Source: a virus
Strand: one strand, 5' to 3'
IMG/VR virus record: IMGVR_UViG_3300042937_000216
Span: 58,453-122,452 of that record
Length of the DNA stretch: 64,000 nt
A program made the translations under genes and the position numbers. Under the pieces are notes generated by a model, which did no database searches, was not told where the DNA came from, and saw only the letters and a list, made by a program, of their open reading frames with translations. Each line of letters begins with the position of its first letter. Within the stretch, counting starts at the first letter, position 1. This document shows positions 28,459 through 38,787 of the stretch, piece after piece.

Positions 28459-31400
28459 TGCAGGCACCAAGAAGATTACAGTTACGAAGAGGCAACACAG
28501 CGGCAATTAGTACCTACGTTGGTGCCCCTGGTGAATTGATAGTTAATACCGATACTAATACCTTATATCTTCATAACGGAACAACGGTTGGGGGCGTCGC
28601 TACTTCAGTTAATACATCTAGTATTACAACAAATGTTTCGGCGTTACAAGGTAATGTAGCAATATTACAAGGTAATATACTAACTTTACAATCTGGAATT
28701 ACAACCTTAACTAGCAACGCAGCTGTACAATCAGGCATACTAGCAACATTGTTAGCCAATGCCGCAACACAAGCAGGTGACCTAGCAACCTTAACAAGTA
28801 ATGCCGCAAGTCAAGCTGGTGACATAGCAACCATCTACGCAAACTTAGGTGCGGTAAGTGGAAGCATAGCAACATTAACTAGTAATGCCGCAATACAGGC
28901 AGGCCTACTAGATACATTAACAGGTAATGCAGCTAGCCAAGGCGGAGAACTAGCTACCTTAGTAGCTAATGCCGCAACACAAGCGGGTGCGTTGGCTACT
29001 TTAACTAGCAATGCCGCTAGTCAAAGTGGAACACTTGCCGACCTAATAGCCAATGCCGCAGTTCAGGCAGGACTAATTGCTGGTAGTACAGGCACATACG
29101 GTAATGCTAATGTGGCTGCTTACTTGCCAACATATGATGGCAATATTGCGGCTAATATTAGCAAAGCAGGCTACACTTGGACCTTTGGCACAGATGCTGT
29201 CCTAACTTTACCTTCGGGTGGAACTATTTTAGAAAGCGGTTACGGCAGTGCTGGCGCTATAAGATTAAAACCCAATGGTGGTACCAGCACACAGTATCTA
29301 GAAATAGCACCTACTGCGGTAGATGGTAATCATGTTCATCTGATGGCCGGTAGCGGAACAGAACTATTCTTAGGTGACGATAATCACTATGTTAAATTGG
29401 CCAATACTGGCGGTGTGGTAATCAACAGCAATGATGGCGCCGGTAATACTGCCCAGTGGACCTTTGGCACAACTGGTAATTTAACTATCCCGGGCAGTAT
29501 CATTGGTACCAGTCATATAAACATCGACAACCGTGATTCGGGCAACACCGCAGATATCAACTTATATTCAGCCGATGACATCTTGTTACAAGCTCGTGAT
29601 CGTGAAGGAGATTCTGGCTCAGAAGGTGGTGACATCAATATCTATGCTGGGGATAGTGCTGTAGGTAGTGATGCCACTGGCGGCGATGTTCAAATACGTG
29701 GTGGCGACGGCGGCGCGGGTGACAGCTACGATAATGGTGGAGATGGTGGATACGTCACCATACAGAGCGGACAGGGCGGTGCTGCCTCTGGTATTTACTC
29801 TGCACGAAGCGGCGGTGATCTTACACTTCGTGCAGGCGATGCTGGTACAAACAATGGCAATATTAACCTAGGTAATGAGGGTGGTACTGTAATCATCGAA
29901 GCTGGTGACAGCACAGCTAATGGCGTTAATGGTGGCACTATCTATCTAACTTCGGGTGCCGCTGATGCAAGCGCATTGGCAGGTGATGTTGTGATTCAAG
30001 CCGGTGGTACCTGGACTTTTGGCGGGAATGGTAACTTGAACTTGCCACAAGGCGGCACAATTACTGAAGGTGGTGGACTCACTGGTGCTATTCGACTAAC
30101 TCCCTCAGGTGGTGCCAATGATAATCAAGCATTGCTAATTTATCCCACTGCGGCTGCTGATGGTGATCATATACACTTGACCGCAGCAGGCGGTTCAACT
30201 GAATTGTATCTTGGCAATGACCTTCACTATGTCAAGTTAGTTGATGGCGGCAATGTAGAACTACGAGCCTCCACTGCGAATTTGTCTGCTCAGGCGGCTT
30301 GGACATTTGACACTACTGGCAAAATAGATACCATCCAGGCATTGGGGATAAAGGTTCCCAATGGTGTGCCATCTGATGTTGCTGTTATCAACAGCACCAC
30401 CGGCAGTTGGGAAATAAATCCTAGGTCCGACTTGGCCACAACAGGCGGGTCAGGCAGTGGATTGAGAGTAAATGTGACAGAGACTGGTGGATATGCCAGC
30501 ACTATTGCTATTGCTACCGCTGGTACTGGATACAACAACGGTGATCTTATTACAGTCACAAGTGGCACATCCAATGCTACATTCACCATTGTTATTGGAG
30601 GTCGAAACACTTGGACCTTTGGCACAGGTGGTACTACACAATTTCCTAATAGCTTGATACTAGCACCAGTTAGTCAAAGTATCACTATGCAGAGTGATCA
30701 ATATTCACAGTTGATGTGGCAAAACGCTAATGTAACCGTGGCCCCAAATATGGCTACTTACTCAAACTTCTATGTAGCACAAAACAGTGCTACCTTGGAT
30801 ATTGGCTATCTTGACGGTAATAGTAGCCCACAATTCAAAGAGTGGCTCTGGAGTGTAGATGGTAATCTAACATTACCAAGTGGTGGATATATCCTTAACA
30901 GTGATAATTCAATCTACGGTGCCGGTAGCAGTTACAGCAACGTTGATGTAGCAAGTTATCTACCTACATACACGGGCAATATTGGCAACATAGACTTAGT
31001 AGCTAACTTAGGAGCAACTAGTGGCTCATTAGCAACACTAACAGCCAACGCGGCTAGTCAAGCAGGTAACATAGCAACACTGACTGCCAACGCCGGGGCA
31101 CAAGCAGGATCACTAGCAACAATTACGTCAGTGTTGACCAGTTCAAATGTAGCAATTGGAGAAAATGCTGCCTACACTGCGCAGGGGCAATATGCAGTTG
31201 CTATTGGTTTGTATGCGGGTGGTGATACACAAGGAGAACGTGCGGTAGCTATAGGCTCCAATGCTGGTAAAACTGCGCAAGGGGCTTATGCAGTAGCCAT
31301 TGGTAGACGTGCTGGAGAAACCAACCAAGGCAACAACTCTATTATTATTAATGCAACTACTGGGGTATTAAATCAAACCACAGCCAACACATTCACAGTG

Positions 31401-32744
31401 GCTCCGGTTAGAAATGATGTGGCTAATATTAGTCAAATCATGTTTTACAACACCACTAGCAAAGAAGTTACCTACGGAAATATTATTAACATTGCGGGCA
31501 ATGTCTCAGCTAACTATTTTGTAGGTAATGGTGCCCTATTAACTGGTATTGTAGCCAGCGGCAGTAACTATAGTAATGCTAACGTAGCTAGTTACCTACC
31601 AACATATAGTGGTAATGTTGCTAACCTAACAGTTACTAATACGCTAACCCTTACTGCTACTAAAATAGCATTGGGTAGTGGCGCCGGGGCCTTCGGTGGT
31701 CAAGGAACTGATTCGATCGCAATTGGTCGTAGCACAGGTCAAAATATACAGGGCAATAGTGCTGTAGCTGTAGGAGGGTATGCTGGACAAAACAATCAAG
31801 GTGACGATGCAACTGCTATTGGGCAGAACGCTGGATTCAATACACAAAGTCTACAAGCAGTAGCAGTTGGTAGTGGTGCAGGACAAACGTTTCAATCAAT
31901 GGGTGGAGTAGCAGTTGGCTATGCCTCAGGACAAACATCACAAGGACTACGAGCTGTAGCAATTGGTTCTGTTGCTGGTAATGACCACCAAGGCCAACAG
32001 GCTATCGCAATAGGACACCAGGCGGGATATTCATACCAACCTGCTAATAGTATTGAGATCAATGCTTCGGGCACTCCGATCGATTATACTGATCTAACTG
32101 CTGGTTTATATATTACATCAGTCAAAAATGACACAGCCAACGTCACAAACGTGATGTATTATAATACAACTTCAAAAGAAGTTACTTATGGAGCAGCAAG
32201 TGGCAGCTACAGCAACAGTAATGTAGCAAGTTACTTACCAACATACAGTGGTAATATTACAGCAGGTAATGTTATTGCTACACGCTTTATTGGTAATACT
32301 ATTGGTACAACTGCTACATTTACTAGTAATATCACAACATCGGGTACTACTAGTTATTTTGTTGGTAATGCTGGCCCAGCAATTGCTGGCAGTACAGCAT
32401 CAAGCGTTGGTTATATGGGCTTACCACAAAGTGAAACCAGTACCAGTGCCACATTAGCCATTGGTGATGCTGGCAAACATATCTATGTAACAACAAACAG
32501 CCAAACAATAACCATTCCAGCAGCTAGTTCAGTGGCTTACCCAATCGGAACTACTCTTACATTCATAGCAGGACCAAGTGCTACTACTGTTACTATTGCT
32601 ATCACCTCAGACACTATGTACTTGGCAGGTACAGGCACAACTGGTTCACGTACACTAGCCGCACATGGCATGGCCACAGCAGTTAAAGTCAGCGGACTAA
32701 GTTCAGCTGGTGTGTGGTACATTAACGGAAGCGGGTTAACATAA
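28458..32744 (+). CDS. long tail fibre or receptor-binding protein
   Basis: N-terminal LQLRRG...GE...TDT..L..H.G.T.GG; LATLTSNAA.QAG repeats, WTFG modules, Gly-rich G.I.I.AG repeats, YadA-head-like AVAIG repeats. Confidence 0.85.
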   Translation: MQAPRRLQLRRGNTAAISTYVGAPGELIVNTDTNTLYLHNGTTVGGVATSVNTSSITTNVSALQGNVAILQGNILTLQSGITTLTSNAAVQSGILATLLANAATQAGDLATLTSNAASQAGDIATIYANLGAVSGSIATLTSNAAIQAGLLDTLTGNAASQGGELATLVANAATQAGALATLTSNAASQSGTLADLIANAAVQAGLIAGSTGTYGNANVAAYLPTYDGNIAANISKAGYTWTFGTDAVLTLPSGGTILESGYGSAGAIRLKPNGGTSTQYLEIAPTAVDGNHVHLMAGSGTELFLGDDNHYVKLANTGGVVINSNDGAGNTAQWTFGTTGNLTIPGSIIGTSHINIDNRDSGNTADINLYSADDILLQARDREGDSGSEGGDINIYAGDSAVGSDATGGDVQIRGGDGGAGDSYDNGGDGGYVTIQSGQGGAASGIYSARSGGDLTLRAGDAGTNNGNINLGNEGGTVIIEAGDSTANGVNGGTIYLTSGAADASALAGDVVIQAGGTWTFGGNGNLNLPQGGTITEGGGLTGAIRLTPSGGANDNQALLIYPTAAADGDHIHLTAAGGSTELYLGNDLHYVKLVDGGNVELRASTANLSAQAAWTFDTTGKIDTIQALGIKVPNGVPSDVAVINSTTGSWEINPRSDLATTGGSGSGLRVNVTETGGYASTIAIATAGTGYNNGDLITVTSGTSNATFTIVIGGRNTWTFGTGGTTQFPNSLILAPVSQSITMQSDQYSQLMWQNANVTVAPNMATYSNFYVAQNSATLDIGYLDGNSSPQFKEWLWSVDGNLTLPSGGYILNSDNSIYGAGSSYSNVDVASYLPTYTGNIGNIDLVANLGATSGSLATLTANAASQAGNIATLTANAGAQAGSLATITSVLTSSNVAIGENAAYTAQGQYAVAIGLYAGGDTQGERAVAIGSNAGKTAQGAYAVAIGRRAGETNQGNNSIIINATTGVLNQTTANTFTVAPVRNDVANISQIMFYNTTSKEVTYGNIINIAGNVSANYFVGNGALLTGIVASGSNYSNANVASYLPTYSGNVANLTVTNTLTLTATKIALGSGAGAFGGQGTDSIAIGRSTGQNIQGNSAVAVGGYAGQNNQGDDATAIGQNAGFNTQSLQAVAVGSGAGQTFQSMGGVAVGYASGQTSQGLRAVAIGSVAGNDHQGQQAIAIGHQAGYSYQPANSIEINASGTPIDYTDLTAGLYITSVKNDTANVTNVMYYNTTSKEVTYGAASGSYSNSNVASYLPTYSGNITAGNVIATRFIGNTIGTTATFTSNITTSGTTSYFVGNAGPAIAGSTASSVGYMGLPQSETSTSATLAIGDAGKHIYVTTNSQTITIPAASSVAYPIGTTLTFIAGPSATTVTIAITSDTMYLAGTGTTGSRTLAAHGMATAVKVSGLSSAGVWYINGSGLT

Positions 32745-33454
32745 TGGCTGGAGCAGTTGCAGGAGTATTAGCCAGCTATGGTGCGGCAGTGTCGCCCGGT
32801 TTTGCCAATCCTACATTAACTTTTGGATCAGCTGTGACTACACAGGCCACAAGTCCTTTTACGGGAGGCGGCAACAGTTATAGATTTTCAAGCAGCGTTA
32901 ACAGTTATATTACCACCCCGGGCAGTGATAACTGGGCAGTAGGTACTGGAGATTTTACTGTAGAATGGTTTGGTAATCAAAGCAGTACAGCACAATTCCA
33001 GAGAATATTTTCTACAGGTGATTATCCCAATATGAAAATTGGTGTTAGTATAGAATCTGCTACATTTTATTATTGGGCAAACAACTCTACTCGTTATAAT
33101 TCCGCAGGCTCTACTATAGTTAATACCTGGTATCATTGGGCAGTAGTTCGAATCAGCGGAACAACTTATGTTTACAGAAACGGTACTCTACGAGGCAGCT
33201 CGTTTGCCGATACAAACAATATCACAGACAATACCACAACATTAGTCATTGGCAATACCAACACATTTGCTACTAACGCTGCATTTGTTGGCGATATAAC
33301 AAACTTTAGATTTATAAAAGGACTGGCCGTTTATACCGGCAATTTTACAACACCCACCAGTGCGTTAACCGCTACAGCTAATGCTAATCCATACGGTGGA
33401 TCAAATACTGTCGCTATAGGCTCAGGATTTACTAAACTGCTGCTGGTTCCATAA
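32744..33454 (+). CDS. Concanavalin A / LamG-like lectin-domain virion protein
   Basis: GTGDFTVEW, NTWYHWAVVR.SG....Y.NG, F.G.I.NFR..KG.AVY..NFT.PT. Confidence 0.85.
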   Translation: MAGAVAGVLASYGAAVSPGFANPTLTFGSAVTTQATSPFTGGGNSYRFSSSVNSYITTPGSDNWAVGTGDFTVEWFGNQSSTAQFQRIFSTGDYPNMKIGVSIESATFYYWANNSTRYNSAGSTIVNTWYHWAVVRISGTTYVYRNGTLRGSSFADTNNITDNTTTLVIGNTNTFATNAAFVGDITNFRFIKGLAVYTGNFTTPTSALTATANANPYGGSNTVAIGSGFTKLLLVP

Positions 33455-33490
33455 CTGTAAATATGCTAAAGACGATCTACGGAATATAAA

Positions 33491-33604
33491 ATGGCCATAA
33501 CATTAAGCAAAAGTATTTCATTAACTGGCGGCATTAGTGCTACCGCTGGCTTCCTGTCAGAGGTAGGTGTTTATAATACAGTAAAACTAATAAATACACA
33601 ATAA
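33491..33604 (+). other. 37-codon ORF, possible truncated gene remnant
   Basis: MAITLSKSISLTGGISATAG..., GGAA SD; runs into the TAAATA promoter of the next gene. Confidence 0.35.
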
Positions 33605-33616
33605 CAGAGAAAAACT

Positions 33617-36316
33617 ATGATATTAGCAAACGTTAACATTGGTTCAGGTCCGAGCGCAGGTGATGGTGATCCATTACGCACGGCATTCAATACAATTAAT
33701 CAAAACTTTGACGCAATTGAAAGCAACGTTAACGCACTTTCAAATAGTGTAAGAACAGTAGCTGGTCGTACAGGTAACGTGGTGCTAACTACTCAAGACA
33801 TAGTTGGTATTGGTGCGTATGCTAATACAGCCTACATGACAACGTTAGTAACTAATCAAGTTAGTGCGTTAAGTTTTGCTAGTAATGCTAGTGTAGATAC
33901 TAAGATTGCAGCAAATATTGCTAACATAATTAACGGAGCTCCCGGAGCCTTAAACACATTAAATGAATTAGCTTCTGCTATGGGTAACAATGCTAGTTTG
34001 TCTGCTACTATTACAAATAGTCTAGCCACATTAACTGCTAATGCGGCTACGCAAGCCGGCGCTATTGCTACCTTGACTGCTAATGCAGCAGTACAAGCCG
34101 GCCTACTTGCTACATGGGAAAGTGGATTCGATAATCTAGCAGCTAATGCTGGAGCACAAAGCGGACAAATCACCGCACTAACCAGTAATGCCGCAGTACA
34201 ATCAGGAGTACTTGCTGGACTAACCAGCAATGCCGCAGTCCAAGCAGGATTAATTGCTGGCCTACAAAGTGATGTTACTAGCTTAACAGCCAACGCTGGT
34301 GCGCAGGCAGGTAGTCTAGCTACATTAACCAGTAACGCGGCTGTACAAGCAGGTGCTATAGCATCATTGACAACAGCATTTGATAGTTTAGCAGCCAATG
34401 CCGGTGCTCAGAGCGGCAGTATCACATCGTTAATCAGCAACGCGGCTGTACAAGCAGGTGCTATTGCTGATACAAACACAGCAATCACCACAGCTAATAC
34501 TGCTATGAAAGGCTATGTTGACGCAGTCACTACTGCGTGGACTGCTAACGCCGGAGCTCAAGCAGGTGCTATTGTAACTGCTAACACTCACATGAAGAAT
34601 TATGTAGACAGCCAAGTTGGTTCGTTGGTTAACAGTGCGCCCGGTGCGTTGGATACATTAAAAGAAATTGCTGATGCGTTGGGTAATGACGCTAACTTAT
34701 CAACAACTTTGACTAATTTAATTACCAGTGCTGATGCCAATGTATCAATTGCTAATCTAGCAATGAAAGGATACGTAGATAGTTATGTAACAACGCTGAC
34801 CAGTAATGCGGCTGTACAAGCAGGTGCTATCGCTACGTTAACAAGTAATGCCGCTAGCCAAGCAGGCAGTCTAGCAGACCTAGCAACAGCATTTGATAAT
34901 CTTGTTAGTAATGCGGGCGTACAAGGCGGCAGTATTGCCTCTCTAACAGCCAATGCCGCTGTACAATCGGGTGCGTTGGCTGAACTTACTGCTAATGCCG
35001 CTGCTCAATCGGGTGCGTTGGCTGTACTTACTGCTAATGCCGCAGTACAAGCAGGATTAATTGCTGACCTAACAGCCAATGCCGCAGTTCAAGCAGGTCT
35101 GTTAGGAACACTTGGTGCTGTTAATTTAACAATTATTCAAGGCAATATTTCAAGTCTCGAATCAAATGTTTCCACATTAACTAGTAATGCCGCAGTACAG
35201 GCAGGAGCCATTGCAACACTAACAAGCAATGCCGCAGTACAAGCTGGATTGATAGCAAGTTTAGATGCTAATGCCGCAGTACAAGCAGGTGAGATTGGAA
35301 CTATATATGCTAACTTAGGCGCAGTAAGTGGGTCACTAGCAACATTAACGGCCAATGCTGGAGCACAGTCGGGTTCATTAGCAACCTTAACAAGTAACGC
35401 TGCAGTACAAGCAGGTGATATTGCAACCATCTATGCTAATCTAGGAGCAGTGAGCGGATCACTTGCTACATTAACTAGTAACGCAGGTGCGCAATCAGAT
35501 TCGTTAGCAATACTGTCAGGCAACGTTACTACTATATTTGCTAATCTAGGAGCAGTGAGTGGAAGCCTAGCAACACTAACAAGTAATGCCGCAGTGCAAG
35601 CAGGCGACATTGCAACCATTACAGCTAACTTAGGTGCAGTTAGTGGATCACTTACTACACTAACAAGTAACGCCGCAGTACAAGCAGGCTTAATTGCTAA
35701 TATAACCAACGGAACAGCAACATTTGGTAATTTAGTACCAAGTGCTAATGTAACTTATAGTTTAGGTAGTGAAACTAACCAATGGAAAGATTTATATCTA
35801 AGTGGCAGTACAATTTATATTGGCGGAGCTACATTAAGTGTTGCTAACGGAGCAATTAACTCTAGTTTACCTATCTCAGCTAACTTATCAGCAACTAATA
35901 TCACAGTACAAGGCACACGTATAGAATTTGCCAGTGGCGGCTATATAGAAGAGTCAGAGGTATTAGACGGCAATTTAGCACCGGCAGGGTATTACGGGGT
36001 ATCACTGAACAGCTCAGATGACGGTATTATTGGCATGAACGCATTAGATAGCAATGCCGCAGTTACAAGTAGTGTGGTTGTATCTAACGTAGCAGTACAG
36101 TTAAATGTTGCCAATAGTATTAGTGGCGGTAACGCACATATTTGGTACTTTGACAATACTGGTACTGTTACATTTCCGGATAATACTACACAAACTACTG
36201 CTTACATTGATTCATTTACAATGGGCAATGCTGTCCATTGGACCAGCAATGTTTACACAGTAGCAAACGCATTAAATCAACTTGCAGCACGTATTTGGGC
36301 TATTGAACATCCATAA
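33617..36316 (+). CDS. baseplate-anchored coiled-coil fibre protein
   Basis: T4 gp9/gp10-like N-terminus NIG.....GDGDPLRTAF..IN.NF; AP.ALDTL.E.A.ALG motifs; many 14-aa repeats; YSLGS....WKDLYLS. Confidence 0.85.
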   Translation: MILANVNIGSGPSAGDGDPLRTAFNTINQNFDAIESNVNALSNSVRTVAGRTGNVVLTTQDIVGIGAYANTAYMTTLVTNQVSALSFASNASVDTKIAANIANIINGAPGALNTLNELASAMGNNASLSATITNSLATLTANAATQAGAIATLTANAAVQAGLLATWESGFDNLAANAGAQSGQITALTSNAAVQSGVLAGLTSNAAVQAGLIAGLQSDVTSLTANAGAQAGSLATLTSNAAVQAGAIASLTTAFDSLAANAGAQSGSITSLISNAAVQAGAIADTNTAITTANTAMKGYVDAVTTAWTANAGAQAGAIVTANTHMKNYVDSQVGSLVNSAPGALDTLKEIADALGNDANLSTTLTNLITSADANVSIANLAMKGYVDSYVTTLTSNAAVQAGAIATLTSNAASQAGSLADLATAFDNLVSNAGVQGGSIASLTANAAVQSGALAELTANAAAQSGALAVLTANAAVQAGLIADLTANAAVQAGLLGTLGAVNLTIIQGNISSLESNVSTLTSNAAVQAGAIATLTSNAAVQAGLIASLDANAAVQAGEIGTIYANLGAVSGSLATLTANAGAQSGSLATLTSNAAVQAGDIATIYANLGAVSGSLATLTSNAGAQSDSLAILSGNVTTIFANLGAVSGSLATLTSNAAVQAGDIATITANLGAVSGSLTTLTSNAAVQAGLIANITNGTATFGNLVPSANVTYSLGSETNQWKDLYLSGSTIYIGGATLSVANGAINSSLPISANLSATNITVQGTRIEFASGGYIEESEVLDGNLAPAGYYGVSLNSSDDGIIGMNALDSNAAVTSSVVVSNVAVQLNVANSISGGNAHIWYFDNTGTVTFPDNTTQTTAYIDSFTMGNAVHWTSNVYTVANALNQLAARIWAIEHP
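34020..35700 (+). repeat. coding tandem repeats (42-nt unit, LATLT[S/A]NAAVQAG)
   Basis: Repeated AATGCCGCAGTACAAGCAGG-type units; the same peptide recurs at about 28705-29080 and 31000-31130. Confidence 0.85.
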
Positions 36317-36356
36317 TTAGCTTGACCTAAACTAATATTCAGTATATAATAACTAT

Positions 36357-37382
36357 ATGCTGAATATCGTCTCTGACTTCATTAAAAGTATTTTACCTGC
36401 TAAACGCAAGACAACCCCTACAGGTTGGACGAGCTTTAATGCTCCCTGCTGTCACCACAACGGTGAAAGTCCTGATACTAGAGGTCGTGGCGGATTAACT
36501 GCTAATGCCGATGGCAGTGTAAGCTATCACTGTTTTAATTGTAATTTTAAGGCAAGTTTCCAACCAGGGCGTCACTTAACATTTAAGTTTCGCAAACTAT
36601 TAAGTTGGTTAGGTGCTAGCGACAATGATGTTAAACGCTTAGTAATAGAAGCCATCCGTATTAGAGAGCTGGTTGCTCCAGAAGAAATTAAAGAACCAGA
36701 AGAAAAGATCGAGTTCAAAGTTCGTGAACTGCCTAAAGATGCTGTGAGTTTCCAACAGATACTTACATATCATTTATTAGATGATTTTGCTAATGTTCCG
36801 GGTCTACTAAATTCAGCAGTTGGCTATGTTAAAGATCGCAACATTGATACAGACAAGTATGATTTTTATTGGACTGACTCAACAGAACACAGTCTACATC
36901 AACGTGTGATCATTCCTATGATCTGGGAAGGTAAGATTATTGGCTATACAAGCCGCGCCTTTGTAGACGGGGTTAAACCCAAGTATTACAGTCATTATGA
37001 ACCTAACTTTGTGTTTAATACCAATAATCAAAAACGTGAAAATAAATTTGTTATTGTCTGTGAAGGTCCGTTTGATGCTATGTCAATAGATGGTGTTGCT
37101 ATTATGAGCAATGAGTGTAGTGAAACACAAGCTGAAATCATTGAGAGTTTGGGCAAAGAAGTCATTGTAGTAGCCGACCGCGACAAGGCAGGTGCTAAGT
37201 TATTACAGAATGCTATGGAATATGGATGGAGTGCTAGCTTTCCTGTATGGCAAGAAACCTGTAAAGATATCAATGAAGCTGTGGTTAAGTATGGTAAACT
37301 GTTTGTGCTTAAGGCTATCTTAGATAGTAAAGAAACGAGCAAACTTAAAATTGAATTGATGAGAAAAAAACTGTATAATTAA
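36357..37382 (+). CDS. DNA primase (T4 gp61 / DnaG-like)
   Basis: Zn ribbon (PCC..., YHCFNC), TOPRIM VCEGPFDA, DRD.AG, KD.NEA; leaderless promoter TTGACC-N17-TATAAT-N6-ATG. Confidence 0.9.
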   Translation: MLNIVSDFIKSILPAKRKTTPTGWTSFNAPCCHHNGESPDTRGRGGLTANADGSVSYHCFNCNFKASFQPGRHLTFKFRKLLSWLGASDNDVKRLVIEAIRIRELVAPEEIKEPEEKIEFKVRELPKDAVSFQQILTYHLLDDFANVPGLLNSAVGYVKDRNIDTDKYDFYWTDSTEHSLHQRVIIPMIWEGKIIGYTSRAFVDGVKPKYYSHYEPNFVFNTNNQKRENKFVIVCEGPFDAMSIDGVAIMSNECSETQAEIIESLGKEVIVVADRDKAGAKLLQNAMEYGWSASFPVWQETCKDINEAVVKYGKLFVLKAILDSKETSKLKIELMRKKLYN

Positions 37383-37386
37383 TAAT

Positions 37387-38787
37387 ATGACAACTGAATA
37401 TACACCAGAACTACAAAAACTATTTTTAGAAATGATGGTACAAGACGCACAATCATTTGTGCGTGTACAGAACATTTATAATCCTGAAAACTTTGATAGA
37501 AGTCTGCGTGAAGCGGCACGGTTTGTTAAAGAACACAGCGAACAGTACAAGACACTCCCAACAATAGATCAAATTGAAGCAGTAACCAAGGTAGTTCTCA
37601 AACACGTGCCAGACCTGACAGAAGACCACTATAATTGGTTTATGACAGAGTTTGAAGGATTTACCAAACGTCAAGAGCTAGAGCGTGCTATTCTAACTGC
37701 GGCAGATATGCTGGAAAAAGGTGACTTTGATCCAGTTGAAAAACTAATTAAAGATGCTGTACAGATTAGTTTGACTAAAGACATGGGTACAGACTACTTT
37801 GAGGATCCTAGACTGCGTATTAACAAATACTTCAACAGTGGCGGCCAGGTAAGTACGGGTTGGCCCAGCATGGATCGTATCTTATACGGTGGTATGAGTC
37901 GCGGTGAACTAAACATCTTTGCTGGTGGTTCTGGTTCGGGTAAGTCTTTGGTTATGATGAATATTGCGCTTAGTTGGTTACAAGCTGGCCTAAGTGGTGT
38001 GTATGTAAGTTTAGAGTTGAGCGAAGAACTTTGCGCACTTAGAACAGATGCGATGTTGACTGACATGAGTACCAAAGATATTCGTAAGGACATAGACACA
38101 ACAGAACTTAAGGTTAAACTTGTTAGCAAGAAAGCTGGGCAATATCGTATTAAAGGATTGCCGGCACAATCAAACGTAAATGATATCCGCAGTTACTTAA
38201 AAGAAGTACAACTACAAACAGGCATCAAAGTTGACTTTGTTATGGTAGATTACTTAGATTTGGTTATGCCTGTATCAGTTAAGGTTAATCCAAACGATCA
38301 GTTTATTAAAGACAAATATGTAGCAGAAGAACTGCGTAATCTAAGTAAAGAACTTAACGTGTTGTTGGTAACAGCGAGTCAGTTGAATCGTAGTGCTGTT
38401 GAAGAAATTGAATTTGACCATAGTCATATCGCCGGTGGTATATCTAAGATCAACACAGCAGATAACGTGTTTGGTATCTTTACTAGCCGTGCTATGAAAG
38501 AACGTGGCAGATATCAACTACAATGTATGAAGTCACGTAGTTCGACTGGTGTAGGACATAAAGTTGATTTAGAATACAACATCGAAACTATGCGTATCAC
38601 TGACCCAGGTGAAGAAGGACAAGAAGGATTCAGACCTCAAAACTCAGGTAGCATATTAAGTCAGATCAAAACAGGTAGTACTGTAACTAAAGACACAGGA
38701 GAAGTAACTGATAGTCCTAAGATTACAGCCTCAGTGGATAGTAGTAAACTTAAAAGTATGTTAGCTGGACTTAAAAAGGTCGACTAG
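37387..38787 (+). CDS. replicative DNA helicase (T4 gp41 / DnaB-like)
   Basis: STGW..MD..LYGG, GGSGSGKS, SLELSE, VDYLDL, TASQLNR. Confidence 0.92.
   Translation: MTTEYTPELQKLFLEMMVQDAQSFVRVQNIYNPENFDRSLREAARFVKEHSEQYKTLPTIDQIEAVTKVVLKHVPDLTEDHYNWFMTEFEGFTKRQELERAILTAADMLEKGDFDPVEKLIKDAVQISLTKDMGTDYFEDPRLRINKYFNSGGQVSTGWPSMDRILYGGMSRGELNIFAGGSGSGKSLVMMNIALSWLQAGLSGVYVSLELSEELCALRTDAMLTDMSTKDIRKDIDTTELKVKLVSKKAGQYRIKGLPAQSNVNDIRSYLKEVQLQTGIKVDFVMVDYLDLVMPVSVKVNPNDQFIKDKYVAEELRNLSKELNVLLVTASQLNRSAVEEIEFDHSHIAGGISKINTADNVFGIFTSRAMKERGRYQLQCMKSRSSTGVGHKVDLEYNIETMRITDPGEEGQEGFRPQNSGSILSQIKTGSTVTKDTGEVTDSPKITASVDSSKLKSMLAGLKKVD

Noticed and set aside
28458-33454. Diversity-generating retroelement acting on the fibre or lectin genes
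   Set aside because: No reverse transcriptase and no template/variable repeat pair differing only at adenines was seen in this window.
34020-35700. Regularly spaced ~42-nt repeats resembling a CRISPR array
   Set aside because: They are in-frame codon repeats with wobble-position variation inside a fibre gene; there are no unique spacers and no cas genes.
33856-35709. Long minus-strand ORFs opposite the fibre gene, and similar shadows at 22404, 37794, 42851 and 56166
   Set aside because: Antisense shadows of well-supported genes, without RBS, promoter or recognisable motifs.
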